DNA of 64,000 nt, from positions 64,001 to 128,000 of the forward strand of contig JBHHYI010000001.1 of assembly GCA_046757525.1 (NCBI GenBank), in the 5' to 3' direction. Source of the DNA: a bacterium (GTDB lineage: Bacteria > Zhuqueibacterota > Zhuqueibacteria > Oceanimicrobiales > Oceanimicrobiaceae). The notes beneath the pieces were generated by a model that saw only the letters and a program-made list of their open reading frames with translations, was not told where the DNA came from and searched no databases. Position 1 is the first letter of the stretch; each line of letters opens with the position of its first letter. Below, piece after piece: positions 12,608 to 23,313 of this stretch. The translations under genes and the position numbers were made by a program.

Positions 12608-13159
12608 ATGGCTGTTCTTCCTATTATCAAGTATGGCAATCCAATTCTGCGGGTGCAGACAAGCCCGGTTGCTGAGATCACTGAGGAACATCGCATTTTG
12701 GTTGACGACATGATCGAAACCATGCAAGAAGCTGAAGGCGTTGGTCTCGCGGCACCGCAGGTAGCGGAATCCATCGCTGTGTGCATAGTGGATTTGGGGC
12801 TGATCGAAGAGGGCGCAGCGCCCAAGGCCTACATCAATCCCGTGATTTTACAGGTCGAAGGTTCTGAGAGCCTGGAGGAGGGCTGTTTGAGCATCCCGGA
12901 TATTCGCGAAGAAGTCATTCGGCCGCAGATCATTCAGGTGAAGTATTTGGATCTGTACGGCACCGAACACGAAGAAGTCTGTGGCGGCATGCTCTCGCGG
13001 GTTTTGCAGCATGAAATCGATCACCTCAACGGTGTCTTGTTCATAGACAGGATTAGCTCGATCAAGAGAAAGCTGCTGGCAAAAAAGTTGAAGAGGATTG
13101 CTGAAAAAAGTGGCAGAACCAATGGAGTCGCAGCGCACATGGTCAAAGGCGCTTTATGA
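12608..13159 (+). CDS. def: Peptide deformylase
   Basis: GVGLAAPQ, EGCLS, QHEIDHLNG; start moved to ATG 12608. Confidence 0.97.
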   Translation: MAVLPIIKYGNPILRVQTSPVAEITEEHRILVDDMIETMQEAEGVGLAAPQVAESIAVCIVDLGLIEEGAAPKAYINPVILQVEGSESLEEGCLSIPDIREEVIRPQIIQVKYLDLYGTEHEEVCGGMLSRVLQHEIDHLNGVLFIDRISSIKRKLLAKKLKRIAEKSGRTNGVAAHMVKGAL

Positions 13160-14088
13160 AATTGTTATTCATGGGAACGCCGGATTTTGCGGTTCCCAGT
13201 TTGAGAGCCTTGCAAGCCAGCCAGCATGAAGTTATGAGTGTGGTAACGGCAACCGACAAACCCTGTGGCCGCGGGCTCAAGATTAAACCTTCACCAGTTA
13301 AGCAAGTTGCAAAACAATTAGGCCTGCCCGTTCTGCAGCCCACCGATTTGAAAGATTCTAAGTTCATTGAAGACATCCAACGTCTAAACGCTGAGCTTTT
13401 TGTAGTTGTTGCGTTCCGAATTTTACCCCCTGAAGTGTTTACACTCCCCCCTCATGGCACCATAAATCTGCATGCCTCCTACTTGCCGAAATATCGTGGT
13501 GCAGCTCCCATCAATTGGGCCATAATCAACGGTGAAAAGGAGACCGGCGTAACCATTATTCAAATCAATGAAAAGGTCGATACCGGGGAGATCGTCTTGC
13601 AAGAAAAGGTTCCAATAGGGGCCGAAGAAACTGCGGGCGAGCTTCACGACCGTTTGGCCACGATTGGGGCGGAGTGTTTGCTAAGAGCGGTCGCATTGAT
13701 TGAGTCCGGCAATGTGGCGACAATCCGACAAACTGAAGAAGGGAGCAGAGCGCCCAAACTCTCCAGGGAATTGTGCCACATTCAATGGAATCAACCGGCC
13801 GAAACGATTTACAATCTGGTGCGTGGGTTGTGTCCGGTGCCAGGCGCGTACACGAATTTACGTGGGAAAATGATTAAACTGTATCGCGTGAGGCCCGCGG
13901 GCCATGCCCCCACAAGTGCAGCGCCCGGAGAAATCGTTCGCCGCGGCAACAGGCCGGGCACCCTTGCTGTTGCCACCGGAGCCGGTTTACTCCACATTCA
14001 GGAACTCCAGCCCGAGGGCAAACGTAGAATGTCCGCAGAAGACTTTTTGCGGGGGCATCCTTTGAAAGCAGGGGACCGATTTGAATAA
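13156..14088 (+). CDS. fmt: Methionyl-tRNA formyltransferase
   Basis: FMGTPDFA, INLHASYLPKYRGAAPI, LQPEGKRRM. Confidence 0.97.
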   Translation: MKLLFMGTPDFAVPSLRALQASQHEVMSVVTATDKPCGRGLKIKPSPVKQVAKQLGLPVLQPTDLKDSKFIEDIQRLNAELFVVVAFRILPPEVFTLPPHGTINLHASYLPKYRGAAPINWAIINGEKETGVTIIQINEKVDTGEIVLQEKVPIGAEETAGELHDRLATIGAECLLRAVALIESGNVATIRQTEEGSRAPKLSRELCHIQWNQPAETIYNLVRGLCPVPGAYTNLRGKMIKLYRVRPAGHAPTSAAPGEIVRRGNRPGTLAVATGAGLLHIQELQPEGKRRMSAEDFLRGHPLKAGDRFE

Positions 14089-15421
14089 GCCAAATTATTC
14101 CGTTCGCCACATTTGCGTGAACATACTGGACCGGCTCAACCACAACGGCCACTATGCCGACGAGCTTATCGCAGAAGCGTTCAAGAGACATTCTTTGCCG
14201 CAAGTCGACAGGTCGCTGGTGGTTGAACTCGTAAACGGCACGGTGCGTTGGCAGGGACAACTCGATTGGATTCTGGCGCGGGGTTTCCGGGGTGACTTTA
14301 ACCGGTGCGCGAGCAAACTGAGAGCCATTTTGGAGTTGAGTTTGTACCAGATCAGATTTTTGCAAAGAATCCCCAAATATGCGGCGGTAGACCAGGGCGT
14401 GGAGATCGCGAAAGCCGAAGGGGGGAAGTCCTGGGGCAATTTGGTCAACGCGGTTTTGCGGAATTACCTCAGGCGCGAGAAAACCCTTGAAATGCCTTCT
14501 TTTGAAGCAGACGCCACAACAGCATTGGCGGTTCGCCACTCCCATCCGCAATGGATGGTGCAGCGATGGTTAGATCGTTACGGTTTGGAAGAAACCGAAG
14601 AGCTTTGTCGCTTTAACAACCAAAGACCGTGCGTCTGCGTGCGCGTGAATCTGGCCAAAACCTCGCCTGAGCACCTACTGCAATATTTTCAAGAAAGGGA
14701 GATCGAGGCTCGCCCGTCGATTTATTTTGCCGATTTTATCAAGATTACTCGTCCGGGAGATTTAAACAACTGCTCAGCGTTTACCAACGGCCAGTTTACC
14801 ATTCAAGATGAAAGCACGGCCATCGGCAGTCTGTTGTTAGCACCCCAAAAAGGCGAGACCGTTTTAGATTTGTGCGCGGCGCCTGGAGGCAAGGCGGGCC
14901 ACTTAGCCCAGTTGCTCGGTGAATCCGGCCGGGTCTTAGCCGTGGATCAGAACTTCAATCGCTTGAGCTTGTTGCAGGACAATATTGTTAGGTTACAAAC
15001 AAGACTCATCCGGCCAATCGTGGCCGATGGGCGCCACTTTCAGTGTTCCCCGGTCAACAAAATCCTGTTAGACGCTCCTTGTTCTGGCCTGGGCGTTTTG
15101 GCCAAACGGGTCGATTTGCGCTGGAGACGAAAACCCAACGATATCGCTAAGGTGAGCCGTTTGCAAAGGTCTTTGTTGCAAAGCGCCAGTCGACTGGTCA
15201 AAAAAGGGGGAGTTTTGGTTTACAACACTTGCACCCTCGAGCCTGAGGAAAATGAAACTGTGGTTGAAGATTTCCTGGATCGCAATGGGAATTTTAGGTT
15301 AGAACCGCTGGCTTTAAGTTGTTTGGAGCCATTCGCGAATTCCCAGGGCTATTTCAGATCCTTACCCCAAAAGCACAAAATGGACGGAGCTTTTGCGGCA
15401 AGATTGTTAAGGATTAACTAG
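14081..15421 (+). CDS. rsmB: 16S rRNA m5C967 methyltransferase RsmB/Sun
   Basis: NusB-like N-terminus, DLCAAPGGK, DAPCSGLG, YNTCT, MDGAF. Confidence 0.93.
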   Translation: MNKPNYSVRHICVNILDRLNHNGHYADELIAEAFKRHSLPQVDRSLVVELVNGTVRWQGQLDWILARGFRGDFNRCASKLRAILELSLYQIRFLQRIPKYAAVDQGVEIAKAEGGKSWGNLVNAVLRNYLRREKTLEMPSFEADATTALAVRHSHPQWMVQRWLDRYGLEETEELCRFNNQRPCVCVRVNLAKTSPEHLLQYFQEREIEARPSIYFADFIKITRPGDLNNCSAFTNGQFTIQDESTAIGSLLLAPQKGETVLDLCAAPGGKAGHLAQLLGESGRVLAVDQNFNRLSLLQDNIVRLQTRLIRPIVADGRHFQCSPVNKILLDAPCSGLGVLAKRVDLRWRRKPNDIAKVSRLQRSLLQSASRLVKKGGVLVYNTCTLEPEENETVVEDFLDRNGNFRLEPLALSCLEPFANSQGYFRSLPQKHKMDGAFAARLLRIN

Positions 15422-15577
15422 TGATTGACCGAGACTCCCAAAATGTCATTTCGACGCAGTCCAGCAACTGCCGGACGGAGGAGAAATCTGGTTACATTGG
15501 TGCTTAGCCAGATTTCTCATCAGGCATTCGCCTGATTCGAAATGACAGTCGTTAGATGAGTTTTCGGTCAATCACTA
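15419..15577. mobile_element. MITE-like palindromic element (shell A) carrying a TGTC-tagged repeat core
   Basis: Terminal inverted repeats TAGTGATTGACCGA...TCGGTCAATCACTA; nested IRs TGTCATTTCGA/TCGAAATGACA and GAGAAATCTGG/CCAGATTTCTC; supplies the rsmB TAG stop. Confidence 0.8.
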
Positions 15578-15607
15578 ACTTAAAGTATGAATTAAGAGCC
15601 AATAATC

Positions 15608-16390
15608 ATGGCCACTCTCAAAGAACGAGCATTGCACCTATTGACTCCCAAGCGAGTAGCGATCCTGGCCTTGCTCACGGGCGTCTTATTAGGGGTCACT
15701 ATTCTATTTGACCAGGTCCTCATGCCCTGGTATACGCGGCACGATCAGGCCCTGGAAGTGCCAAACCTGGTGGGTAAGCGATTCGAAAGCGCCAAAGAGC
15801 TTTTGGACGCAGCCGGTTTGGAAATCGTCAAGAAGGGCGAGAAGTATGACTCGGCGTGGCCGTTCGGCTATGTGGTGGACCAGAACCCACACGCATTGAG
15901 GAAGGTCAAGAATGGCCGACGGGTTTATGTGACTCTGAGCCTTGGCGACCGTGAGCTGCAAGTGCCGGACCTCATGGGACTGTCTGAAACCAACGCTGAG
16001 GAACGATTAAAGAGCCTGGGGCTTCGGATCGGGGAACGAGAATACGAATACGTTGCCAACGAACCGTCCGATATCGTCATCGCCCAGTCGTTGCCACCGA
16101 ACCGAATGGTGAAAACTGGCACCGCCGTTGACATAAAGGTCAGTCTGGGCAAGGCGGCTGGCAGCGCTCGAGTTCCGTCAATTCTGGGCAAAACCCTGGA
16201 GACCGCCAAAAGGGAAATAAGAAAATCGGGGCTGGTTCTGGGTCATGTACAGTTCCGCCTGACCAACGAATTCTTGCCGAACACAGTCATCTGGCAGTCC
16301 CTTACGACGGGCACAAAGGTAACCCGCGGGGACACTTTAGACCTCATCGTGACCACGGTGAGCCAATCAAAGCGGAGCTTGAAACAATGA
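15608..16390 (+). CDS. Membrane-anchored PASTA domain protein (3 PASTA repeats)
   Basis: N-terminal TM followed by repeats VPNLVG, VPDLMG and VPSILG; adjacent to rpe. Confidence 0.88.
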   Translation: MATLKERALHLLTPKRVAILALLTGVLLGVTILFDQVLMPWYTRHDQALEVPNLVGKRFESAKELLDAAGLEIVKKGEKYDSAWPFGYVVDQNPHALRKVKNGRRVYVTLSLGDRELQVPDLMGLSETNAEERLKSLGLRIGEREYEYVANEPSDIVIAQSLPPNRMVKTGTAVDIKVSLGKAAGSARVPSILGKTLETAKREIRKSGLVLGHVQFRLTNEFLPNTVIWQSLTTGTKVTRGDTLDLIVTTVSQSKRSLKQ

Positions 16391-17046
16391 TCAAGATCGC
16401 GCCTTCTATTCTGGCAGCAGACTTCTCGGTGCTAAGAGACCAAATCCAAATCGCCGAAGAAGCGGGAGCCGATTGGTTGCATCTGGACGTCATGGACGGC
16501 CACTTTGTACCGAACTTAACCTTTGGGCCGTTGCTGGTAGAGGCTGTTAATAGAATCACCGACTTGCCTTTGGATGTTCATCTAATGATCGAGAATCCCG
16601 ACGCCTACATCCACCAGTTCCGCGAGGCAGGTGCGGACATCATTTCCGTGCATGCAGAAGCCTGTGTGCATCTGAACCGGACGCTCAACTTGATCAGAGA
16701 CGCCGGGGCGCAAGGGGGCGTGGCTCTCAACCCGGCCACACCCATCGGTTTCTTAGATGACGTTCTGGACGACACCGACCTGGTGTTAGTCATGACCGTC
16801 AATCCGGGATTCGGCGGTCAGTCGTTTATTGCCCATTCCGCCGACAAAATCCAACGTATTGCCCGCAAACTCGAGCAGGCTGAACTTTCGATTTTCATAG
16901 AGGTCGACGGTGGCATCGATAAGATTACCGCGCCACAGGTGGTAGCGGCTGGCGCTAATGTGTTGGTGTCCGGCTCCGCCATCTTTGCCTCTGAGGATAT
17001 CTCCCGGGCCCTGAAGGCGATAAGGGCGTCGGTAGCGGGTCTGTAG
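16387..17046 (+). CDS. rpe: Ribulose-phosphate 3-epimerase
   Basis: IAPSILAADF, HLDVMDGHFVPN, MTVNPGFGGQ, EVDGG. Confidence 0.98.
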   Translation: MIKIAPSILAADFSVLRDQIQIAEEAGADWLHLDVMDGHFVPNLTFGPLLVEAVNRITDLPLDVHLMIENPDAYIHQFREAGADIISVHAEACVHLNRTLNLIRDAGAQGGVALNPATPIGFLDDVLDDTDLVLVMTVNPGFGGQSFIAHSADKIQRIARKLEQAELSIFIEVDGGIDKITAPQVVAAGANVLVSGSAIFASEDISRALKAIRASVAGL

Positions 17047-17096
17047 CTCGCATGATTCACAAACTTTCAGTTTTTTGCTGCGCGTTCTACTGATGG

Positions 17097-17166
17097 TGTC
17101 ATTTCGAGTCAGGCGGCTGCCTGACTCGAAATGACAGTTTGGGGGCTTAAGTTGATGCCGATGGGC
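17097..17166. repeat. TGTC-tagged palindromic repeat with one MITE end (shell B)
   Basis: Hairpin TGTCATTTCGAGTCAGGC-GGCT-GCCTGACTCGAAATGACA followed by CTTAAGTTGATGCCGATGGG; reverse complement is nearly identical to 34014-34061. Confidence 0.85.
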
Positions 17167-17393
17167 GTATGCCGGATTAATCGGGAATCTTGTGCCTAAT
17201 TCTCGAATGCATTCCTGCTTACACCATGCAGCAATGACATTCATTGGGCCAATAGATGAAATTCACAATAGTTTAGTTATTGGATGGCGGATAAACGGGG
17301 ATGTAATCAAGATTATCTGGGGGTATTACCTTGACGCAGTTACCTACCGTGACGTATTGCCAATCGTATTCTCAGTCCAGGATAGTTAAGGTG

Positions 17394-18569
17394 TCAATAC
17401 TTCTTAGCAACGGTTTTATACGCGTCTCTAAATGGCATCCCTCCTTTAACTAATTTATAGACCGCTTCCGTCGCATAAACTTCTTCGGTCATCGCTTTTG
17501 CACAATTGTCCTCGTTGACTTTGAGATTCTGGAAAATGAGGCTCATGATTTCAATACTGGCCCTTGTAATTTCAAAGGCCTGCATGATTGGTTTTTTGGT
17601 AAGTTGTAAGTCTCGATGATAGCCTGATATCAAGTTACCGATGATATTCTTGATTTGGAATTCCTGTGACACGACGATGTGGCATCTTGCTCGCAGCAGC
17701 TCCAACACATCCGGGTTCTTTTTTTGTGGCATAATCGAACTGCCTGTGCAAAAATCCTCAGGCAATTCGAAATACCCGAACTCCGGCATGCTGAATACGA
17801 TTAAGTCGGAGGCTATTTTATTTAAATCGAACATGATTTGACTTAACGCGTGCAGTATGGTGGATTCAAATTTCCCGCGGCTGTTTTGACAGTAAATCGG
17901 GTTTTGTTGCAGCTTTTTAAAACCCAATAACTCAGTCGTCATATCTCTATTTATTTTCAGAGGGATGCCATAGCCGGCGCCAGTTCCTAACGGTGATTGA
18001 TCCACTAATTCAAGTGAAAGTTCAACTACTTTCAGGTTGTCATTCATTGAATCGATAAACGAAGTTCCCCACATGCTAACCGCGGAGGGCATGGCTTTTC
18101 TTGTATGGGAATATCCTGGAAATATTATTTCTCCGTACTTTTTGCTAAAATTAGCGATTGCTTTGATTAGTCGCTCCACCGATTTCTTGCATTCATTCAG
18201 CTCATGCTTATAAAACAATCTCAATGCCGTCAACACCTGGTCGTTTCTCGACCGTGCGGTATGTATCTTCTTACCCAAATCGCCTAACTTTTTTACCAGA
18301 TGGTTCTCGATGGCGGTGTGACAATCCTCTTGTTCTTTCCGAATCTTGAATTTGCCCTTCTTATCTAAGTGGATAATGTGGTTTAGTTCCCGTTCGAGTT
18401 TTTGCACCTCTTGTTCGTTCAAAATGCCAACCGTGCCCAGCATCTTAGCGTGGGCAATCGAAGCTATGCAGTCGTATTTCACTAATTTCTGGTCCAGAAT
18501 AAAGTCATCATCCACGGTGAAGTCTTCGATCTGTTTATTTGGGTGGGTGTGCGTTTGCCAAAGTTTCAT
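17394..18569 (-). CDS. argH: Argininosuccinate lyase (short form)
   Basis: MKLW start, [18 protein letters not shown], signature [20 protein letters not shown]. Confidence 0.95.
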   Translation of the reverse strand: MKLWQTHTHPNKQIEDFTVDDDFILDQKLVKYDCIASIAHAKMLGTVGILNEQEVQKLERELNHIIHLDKKGKFKIRKEQEDCHTAIENHLVKKLGDLGKKIHTARSRNDQVLTALRLFYKHELNECKKSVERLIKAIANFSKKYGEIIFPGYSHTRKAMPSAVSMWGTSFIDSMNDNLKVVELSLELVDQSPLGTGAGYGIPLKINRDMTTELLGFKKLQQNPIYCQNSRGKFESTILHALSQIMFDLNKIASDLIVFSMPEFGYFELPEDFCTGSSIMPQKKNPDVLELLRARCHIVVSQEFQIKNIIGNLISGYHRDLQLTKKPIMQAFEITRASIEIMSLIFQNLKVNEDNCAKAMTEEVYATEAVYKLVKGGMPFRDAYKTVAKKY

Positions 18570-19815
18570 ATTTTCGCCAATCATACGGTTTTCTCTTGCG
18601 TAACACAAGATGGTGAGCTTTTAATCTAATGGCATTAATGTTGATAAAGCCGCGCGAGTCTGTTGCGTCAAATCCACCTTCGACTTCCATACTGGAGAGG
18701 TCCTGTTCGTAAAGAGATGTGGGGGATTCTCTGCCGATTATATTCACACTGCCTTTGTACAGAGAAAGAAGGACTCTGCCGTCGATGGCTTCTTGACTTT
18801 TGTTGAAAGCGCTCATGATAAAATCCATTTCCGGTGAAAACCAAAAGCCATTATAAATCAATTCAGAAAATTTTGGTATCAGCATGTCCCGCAAGTGCAT
18901 AACTTCTTTGTCCATGGCAATGCCTTCCAGGTCTCTGTGGGCTTCCCAAAGAATAGTAGCCCCGGGAGATTCATAAATACCTCTGGATTTTATCCCAATA
19001 AACCGATTTTCAACCATATCCACTCTGCCGATTCCATTTTCGCTGCCCAAATCATTTAAATACATGAATAGTTCCAGGGGCTTATCCTTGACAATCTCTT
19101 TATTTTTGTTGATGACCTTTACCGGGAAGCCATTCTTAAAATGAATCTCGACGATCGTCTCCTCGTCGGGCGTTTGCTTGATCGATTTGGTCATGGAAAA
19201 TATATTTTCAGGCGGCCGATAAAATGTGTTTTCCAAAACGCCGGCTTCGTGGCTTATGTGCATCAAGTTTTCATCTTCGCTGTACGGTTTTTCTTTGGAG
19301 GCTTTCACCGAAATGTTCCATTTTTTGGCATAATTCAATAAGTCACTTCTCCCCTTGAATTCTTCTAAGAATTCCGGATCCTTCCACGGGGAGACTATTT
19401 TGATGTCAGGATTTAGAGCGTAGTAAGTAAGTTCAAATCTCACCTGATCATTTCCTTTGCCTGTGGCCCCATGGGAAACAAATTCTGCGTTCTCGATTTC
19501 AGCAATTTCAATTTGTTTTTTCGAAAGTAGGGGTCTCGCTAAGGAGGTGCCGAGCAAGTACCTGCCCTCATAAAGTGCGTTGCCTCGCAGCGCAGGGAAG
19601 ATGTAATCTGTGACAAACACTTCTCTCAGATCTTCTGTAAAAACTTTAGAAGCTCCGGTTGCAAGCGCTTTTTGTTCAAGCGCTTTGAAATCCTCTTGTT
19701 GTCCAACGTTGCCTACGAAACAAATTACCTCAAATCCTTTATTAAGCAACCATTTTAAAATTACAGACGTGTCCAGTCCGCCACTATAAGCCAGGATCAG
19801 TTTTTTCGTTGCCAT
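18535..19815 (-). CDS. argG: Argininosuccinate synthase (eukaryote-like subtype)
   Basis: [49 protein letters not shown]. Confidence 0.97.
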   Translation of the reverse strand: MATKKLILAYSGGLDTSVILKWLLNKGFEVICFVGNVGQQEDFKALEQKALATGASKVFTEDLREVFVTDYIFPALRGNALYEGRYLLGTSLARPLLSKKQIEIAEIENAEFVSHGATGKGNDQVRFELTYYALNPDIKIVSPWKDPEFLEEFKGRSDLLNYAKKWNISVKASKEKPYSEDENLMHISHEAGVLENTFYRPPENIFSMTKSIKQTPDEETIVEIHFKNGFPVKVINKNKEIVKDKPLELFMYLNDLGSENGIGRVDMVENRFIGIKSRGIYESPGATILWEAHRDLEGIAMDKEVMHLRDMLIPKFSELIYNGFWFSPEMDFIMSAFNKSQEAIDGRVLLSLYKGSVNIIGRESPTSLYEQDLSSMEVEGGFDATDSRGFININAIRLKAHHLVLRKRKPYDWRKYETLANAHPPK

Positions 19816-19817
19816 AA

Positions 19818-20807
19818 TTAATCACGATCGTTTTGGTTATGCATGAGTTTATGCCGCTTCTCCAAGAGCGCGTCAATTGCGGAGATGGTTTCCCTGGGAA
19901 GTTTCCAGTCACCCGCCCCAATGGTTTGCTCAATTTGCACTTGACGCCTCGCTCCCACAATCGCGGCGGTGACTTCAGGGCGCCGCAGCACCCAGGCGAT
20001 TGCAAGCTGGGCAACGGACTTCCCATGTTCCTCGGCCAGCGACCTCAGAGCGTCCACGAACGCCAGATTCGAGCTCAGCTCAGGCTCCCGGAATCGGCTG
20101 TCAACCGTTCGTCTGTGGTCCGCCTCCGGCAACGCTTCTACCCATTCTCGGGTAAACTTGTCCGTCAAAATACCTTTCTGCAAGGGACTGTAAGGGATGA
20201 CCCCGATGTTTTTTGCTGAACAATAATCCAGCAGATTATTTTCAACGTTGCGTTCAAGCATGCTGTACGGCGGCTGCACCGAAGCCACCAGGTGAATCGC
20301 TGCAATGCGCTCGAGTTGTTTTACACTAAAATTGCACACGGCGGCATACCGGATTTTCCCTTCTTCGACCAACTCTGCTAATGCGCCCCAGGCTTCTTCG
20401 ATATCATTTTTCGGGTCTGGCCAGTGAATTTGATAGAGATCGATCGCCTCGATTTGCAGTCGTCTTAAGCTGGCCTCTACTTCAGCCCGAACACTCGCTC
20501 GTTTTAATCTTCCGAAAACGTTGCCGTCTTTATCCCAGGCCAGGCCGCATTTGGTGGCAAGGATGGGCTTAGCGCTCCTGCCTTTAATGGCTTGGCCCAC
20601 GACTTCCTCAGCGTGACCCAACCCGTAGACCGGGGCGGTGTCAATCCAATTGACGCCTAAATCAAGCGCACGTTGGATAGTAGTGATCGATTCTTGATCA
20701 TCCTGTGGGCCCCAGCCAAAAGGCCAGCCGCCACCGCCGATAGCCCAGGTGCCGAGTCCAATAGGAGTCAATTCTAAATCTGTGGAGCCTAATTTTTTTG
20801 TTTGCAT
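19818..20807 (-). CDS. Aldo/keto reductase
   Basis: [43 protein letters not shown]. Start set at MQTKK because the upstream extension runs through repeats. Confidence 0.93.
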   Translation of the reverse strand: MQTKKLGSTDLELTPIGLGTWAIGGGGWPFGWGPQDDQESITTIQRALDLGVNWIDTAPVYGLGHAEEVVGQAIKGRSAKPILATKCGLAWDKDGNVFGRLKRASVRAEVEASLRRLQIEAIDLYQIHWPDPKNDIEEAWGALAELVEEGKIRYAAVCNFSVKQLERIAAIHLVASVQPPYSMLERNVENNLLDYCSAKNIGVIPYSPLQKGILTDKFTREWVEALPEADHRRTVDSRFREPELSSNLAFVDALRSLAEEHGKSVAQLAIAWVLRRPEVTAAIVGARRQVQIEQTIGAGDWKLPRETISAIDALLEKRHKLMHNQNDRD

Positions 20808-20880
20808 GGTTTTTCGAAGCTTTGTGCGCGTTTTTACACTAAAGAAAACGACTGAAGTGGTTCTTAGAAACAATGTGCAA

Positions 20881-21002
20881 GTCATCCCGAGTAGGTCACC
20901 GCTGTTCAGGTGACCGTATCGAGGGGTGACGGGCTTCGATACGTCCCGACCAAAAAGCGGTAGGGACCAAACGGTGACCTTCTTTGAGAAGGTTACCGTT
21001 TG
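20881..21002. repeat. Composite palindromic repeat cluster
   Basis: GTCATCCCGAG...TCGAGGGGTGAC core (same architecture as reverse complement of 34101-34145) plus hairpin CAAACGGTGACCTTC...GAAGGTTACCGTTTG. Confidence 0.7.
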
Positions 21003-21387
21003 ACAACCCCGCCCTCGCAATCGAGACGATTGCGTTACGTGCAACAGAGCGTTTCCTGAGAGTGTACTAATATGTTAAATAAATGAAAGCATGTCAAGAG
21101 AAAAGTTTGTCCAATGATTCGCGCAAAAGCTTCTCAGTGGGTTTATTTGCACCAACAGGGCCTGGCTTTGGTCAAACGAGTGAATCCAAAGCCTCACAAA
21201 GGTTCAGAACCTTCGCGAGGCGGGCGCAGCCCAAACTTGTCGCAGCGACGGTCGAATGCTAAGGCTTATGCCGGGTCGGTGGCTGTGGTTCCTATTTTTT
21301 CAGGGGTACCAAATCAAGGGCGGGTTTTGATGGGTTGGGACGAAACGTGTGCGCATGCCCGGGCTGCGCAGTAACCCCAAAAATTTC

Positions 21388-21416
21388 TTGACAAATAGCA
21401 AGATATTAATTATATT
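21388..21416 (+). promoter_or_regulatory. Sigma70-type promoter of the cold-shock gene
   Basis: TTGACA-N17-TATATT. Confidence 0.7.
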
Positions 21417-21513
21417 GCAATCGTTTAACGGTGAATAGGCAGTTTGGTCTACATAATATTACAAAGGGGTTTTATGTAGATCAAGCGGCACAAAAGGAGG
21501 AGGAGTGCACAGC

Positions 21514-21714
21514 ATGTTTAGAGGTAAAGTCAAATGGTTCAACGACAACAAAGGTTATGGTTTCATTGAACACGAAAACGGGGAGGATGTATTCGTCCAC
21601 TTTTCTGTTATTGAGATGGATGGTTACAAAACCTTGCAAGAAGGCATAGAAGTGGAATATGAATGCATAAACGGCGAAAAGGGCCTGCACGCTACGCGCG
21701 TAACCAAGATTTAG
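21514..21714 (+). CDS. Cold-shock protein (CspA family)
   Basis: [22 protein letters not shown]; strong AGGAGGAG RBS. Confidence 0.95.
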   Translation: MFRGKVKWFNDNKGYGFIEHENGEDVFVHFSVIEMDGYKTLQEGIEVEYECINGEKGLHATRVTKI

Positions 21715-21774
21715 TTCCCGACTTCTGTGAACCAATTTCCATGCTACCTACCTATCTACATAAACATTCTTGAC

Positions 21775-21800
21775 GACCCCGATTCCTGATCGGGGTTTTG
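21775..21800 (+). terminator. Rho-independent terminator after csp
   Basis: ACCCCGAT-TCCTG-ATCGGGGT followed by T-run. Confidence 0.7.
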
Positions 21801-21828
21801 TATATACGCTTGAATTAACGTCGGAGCG

Positions 21829-22296
21829 TTGATTGTGAGATTCTCTAAGAAGGACATCGACAAAATTGGCAAGGTGTTAGGCGTTCAAGCCAAGCTTTGG
21901 GGAAACAATTATCGCTTTATGCTCGAAAACAGAGAGGCCGGCAGAAAGCTTTCCTTGGAAATCTATCCTAACATTCCAATCGGCAAACAGACCGGAAACC
22001 TGGTCAGCGTTTACACCCACAACTCCCATTTGCAGCTTCACTTTTGCACCGGATACGTCGTCAGTGAGATGTTGGGTGAGGTTACTTTTGTAGGCGAGTT
22101 TCAAGGACGCCTCTCGGGTCTGATTATCGAAAAAGAGGCGGGCTGTTCTCTCTACGCCAATGTTGATTCAAATCTTCTTTCCGGCGATCTCACGAAACTT
22201 GGCCCAGAAGTCATGCTTTCCGGCATTGCTTTATCTCTTACCGAAGGCATTCTGCCGGGCGGAGAGGAGGCACATTCCGAAGAAAGAGAATCTTAA
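21829..22296 (+). CDS. Hypothetical protein
   Basis: 155-aa ORF with GGAG RBS and protein-like composition; fills the gap before xerD. Confidence 0.7.
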   Translation: MIVRFSKKDIDKIGKVLGVQAKLWGNNYRFMLENREAGRKLSLEIYPNIPIGKQTGNLVSVYTHNSHLQLHFCTGYVVSEMLGEVTFVGEFQGRLSGLIIEKEAGCSLYANVDSNLLSGDLTKLGPEVMLSGIALSLTEGILPGGEEAHSEERES

Positions 22297-22365
22297 CACC
22301 CGGCATTGATACTGGTGACGAGATCGCATGGCGTCGATGGCAATCTCTTTTTGAAGAATAATGGG

Positions 22366-23292
22366 ATGTTGAATTACTTAGACGAATTCCTGAACTTTCT
22401 CCGGGTTGAAAAGAATGCCGCTGCCAACACCGTCCAGTCCTACCAGAATGATCTGAATCGCTATTTGAGTTTTCTGGCGGATAGGGGCTTTGCCAATTTG
22501 GAAGATGTCAAAGCCGCAGATATTCTCTCCTTGATCAATAGCTTGCACCAGTTGGGTTTTGCTTCCGCCAGCAACGCCAGAAATTTATCCGCCATCCGAA
22601 TGTTCCACCGTTTTTTGCTTGGAGAAGGCCACGTAAAAGTCGATCCTACCCTGAACATTAGCTTCCCCAAGCTGTCGAAAAAGCTGCCCGCAGTCCTGAC
22701 TCAACCGGAAATCGAATCCATTTTGAGCCAACCGGTTCTTTCCACGAAAAAGGGTCTGCGCGACAAGGCGATGTTGGAGTTCTTGTACGCTACCGGAACA
22801 CGGGTTTCGGAGCTGATCGCCACTCGTTGTCAGGATTTGTTTTTTGCCGAGGGATTCATTCGAGTGGTGGGAAAAGGGTCGAAGGAACGCATCGTCCCCA
22901 TTGGCGAGCAAGCTATATTCTACACGACCTCCTATTTAACGCAAGTGCGGTGTCACGTAGCCCAGAGAGGTCTCAGCAAGGATGTGGTGTTCTTGAATTT
23001 CCGCGGCAAGCCGCTTTCGAGGATGGGTGTCTGGAAGGTCCTGCGTGCTTATGTCGTCAAGGCGGGCATTACGAAAAAAGTTTCGCCGCATACGTTCAGG
23101 CACTCGTTTGCTACCCATCTCATAGAAGGGGGAGCTGACCTGCGTGCTGTGCAGGAAATGCTGGGCCATGCGGATATTTCCACAACGCAAATCTACACGC
23201 ACCTGGATCGTGAGTACCTGAAAGAGGTGCATCGGCTGTTTCATCCCCTGGAAAAGTATGGCAACAAAGCGAAGAGGGTGTTACAAACATGA
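22366..23292 (+). CDS. xerD: Site-specific tyrosine recombinase XerD
   Basis: LYATGTRVSEL, GKGSKERIVP, SPHTFRHSFATHL, GADLRAVQEMLGHADISTTQIYTH; start ATG 22366 likely. Confidence 0.93.
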   Translation: MLNYLDEFLNFLRVEKNAAANTVQSYQNDLNRYLSFLADRGFANLEDVKAADILSLINSLHQLGFASASNARNLSAIRMFHRFLLGEGHVKVDPTLNISFPKLSKKLPAVLTQPEIESILSQPVLSTKKGLRDKAMLEFLYATGTRVSELIATRCQDLFFAEGFIRVVGKGSKERIVPIGEQAIFYTTSYLTQVRCHVAQRGLSKDVVFLNFRGKPLSRMGVWKVLRAYVVKAGITKKVSPHTFRHSFATHLIEGGADLRAVQEMLGHADISTTQIYTHLDREYLKEVHRLFHPLEKYGNKAKRVLQT

Positions 23293-23313
23293 AGGACAAC
23301 GATTGTTTTAGCC

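Noticed and set aside
17192..17389. 65-aa ORF between the repeat and argH
   Set aside because: No RBS or recognisable similarity; probably remnant DNA
20808..21044. 79-aa N-terminal extension of the aldo/keto reductase
   Set aside because: Runs through palindromic repeats; the family-typical start is MQTKKLG at 20807
21114..21374. 86-aa ORF or structured RNA upstream of csp
   Set aside because: No motifs, RBS or convincing fold could be supported
22306..23292. Tyrosine recombinase as a prophage or island integrase
   Set aside because: Motifs and housekeeping context fit chromosomal XerD; no phage genes or att sites nearby
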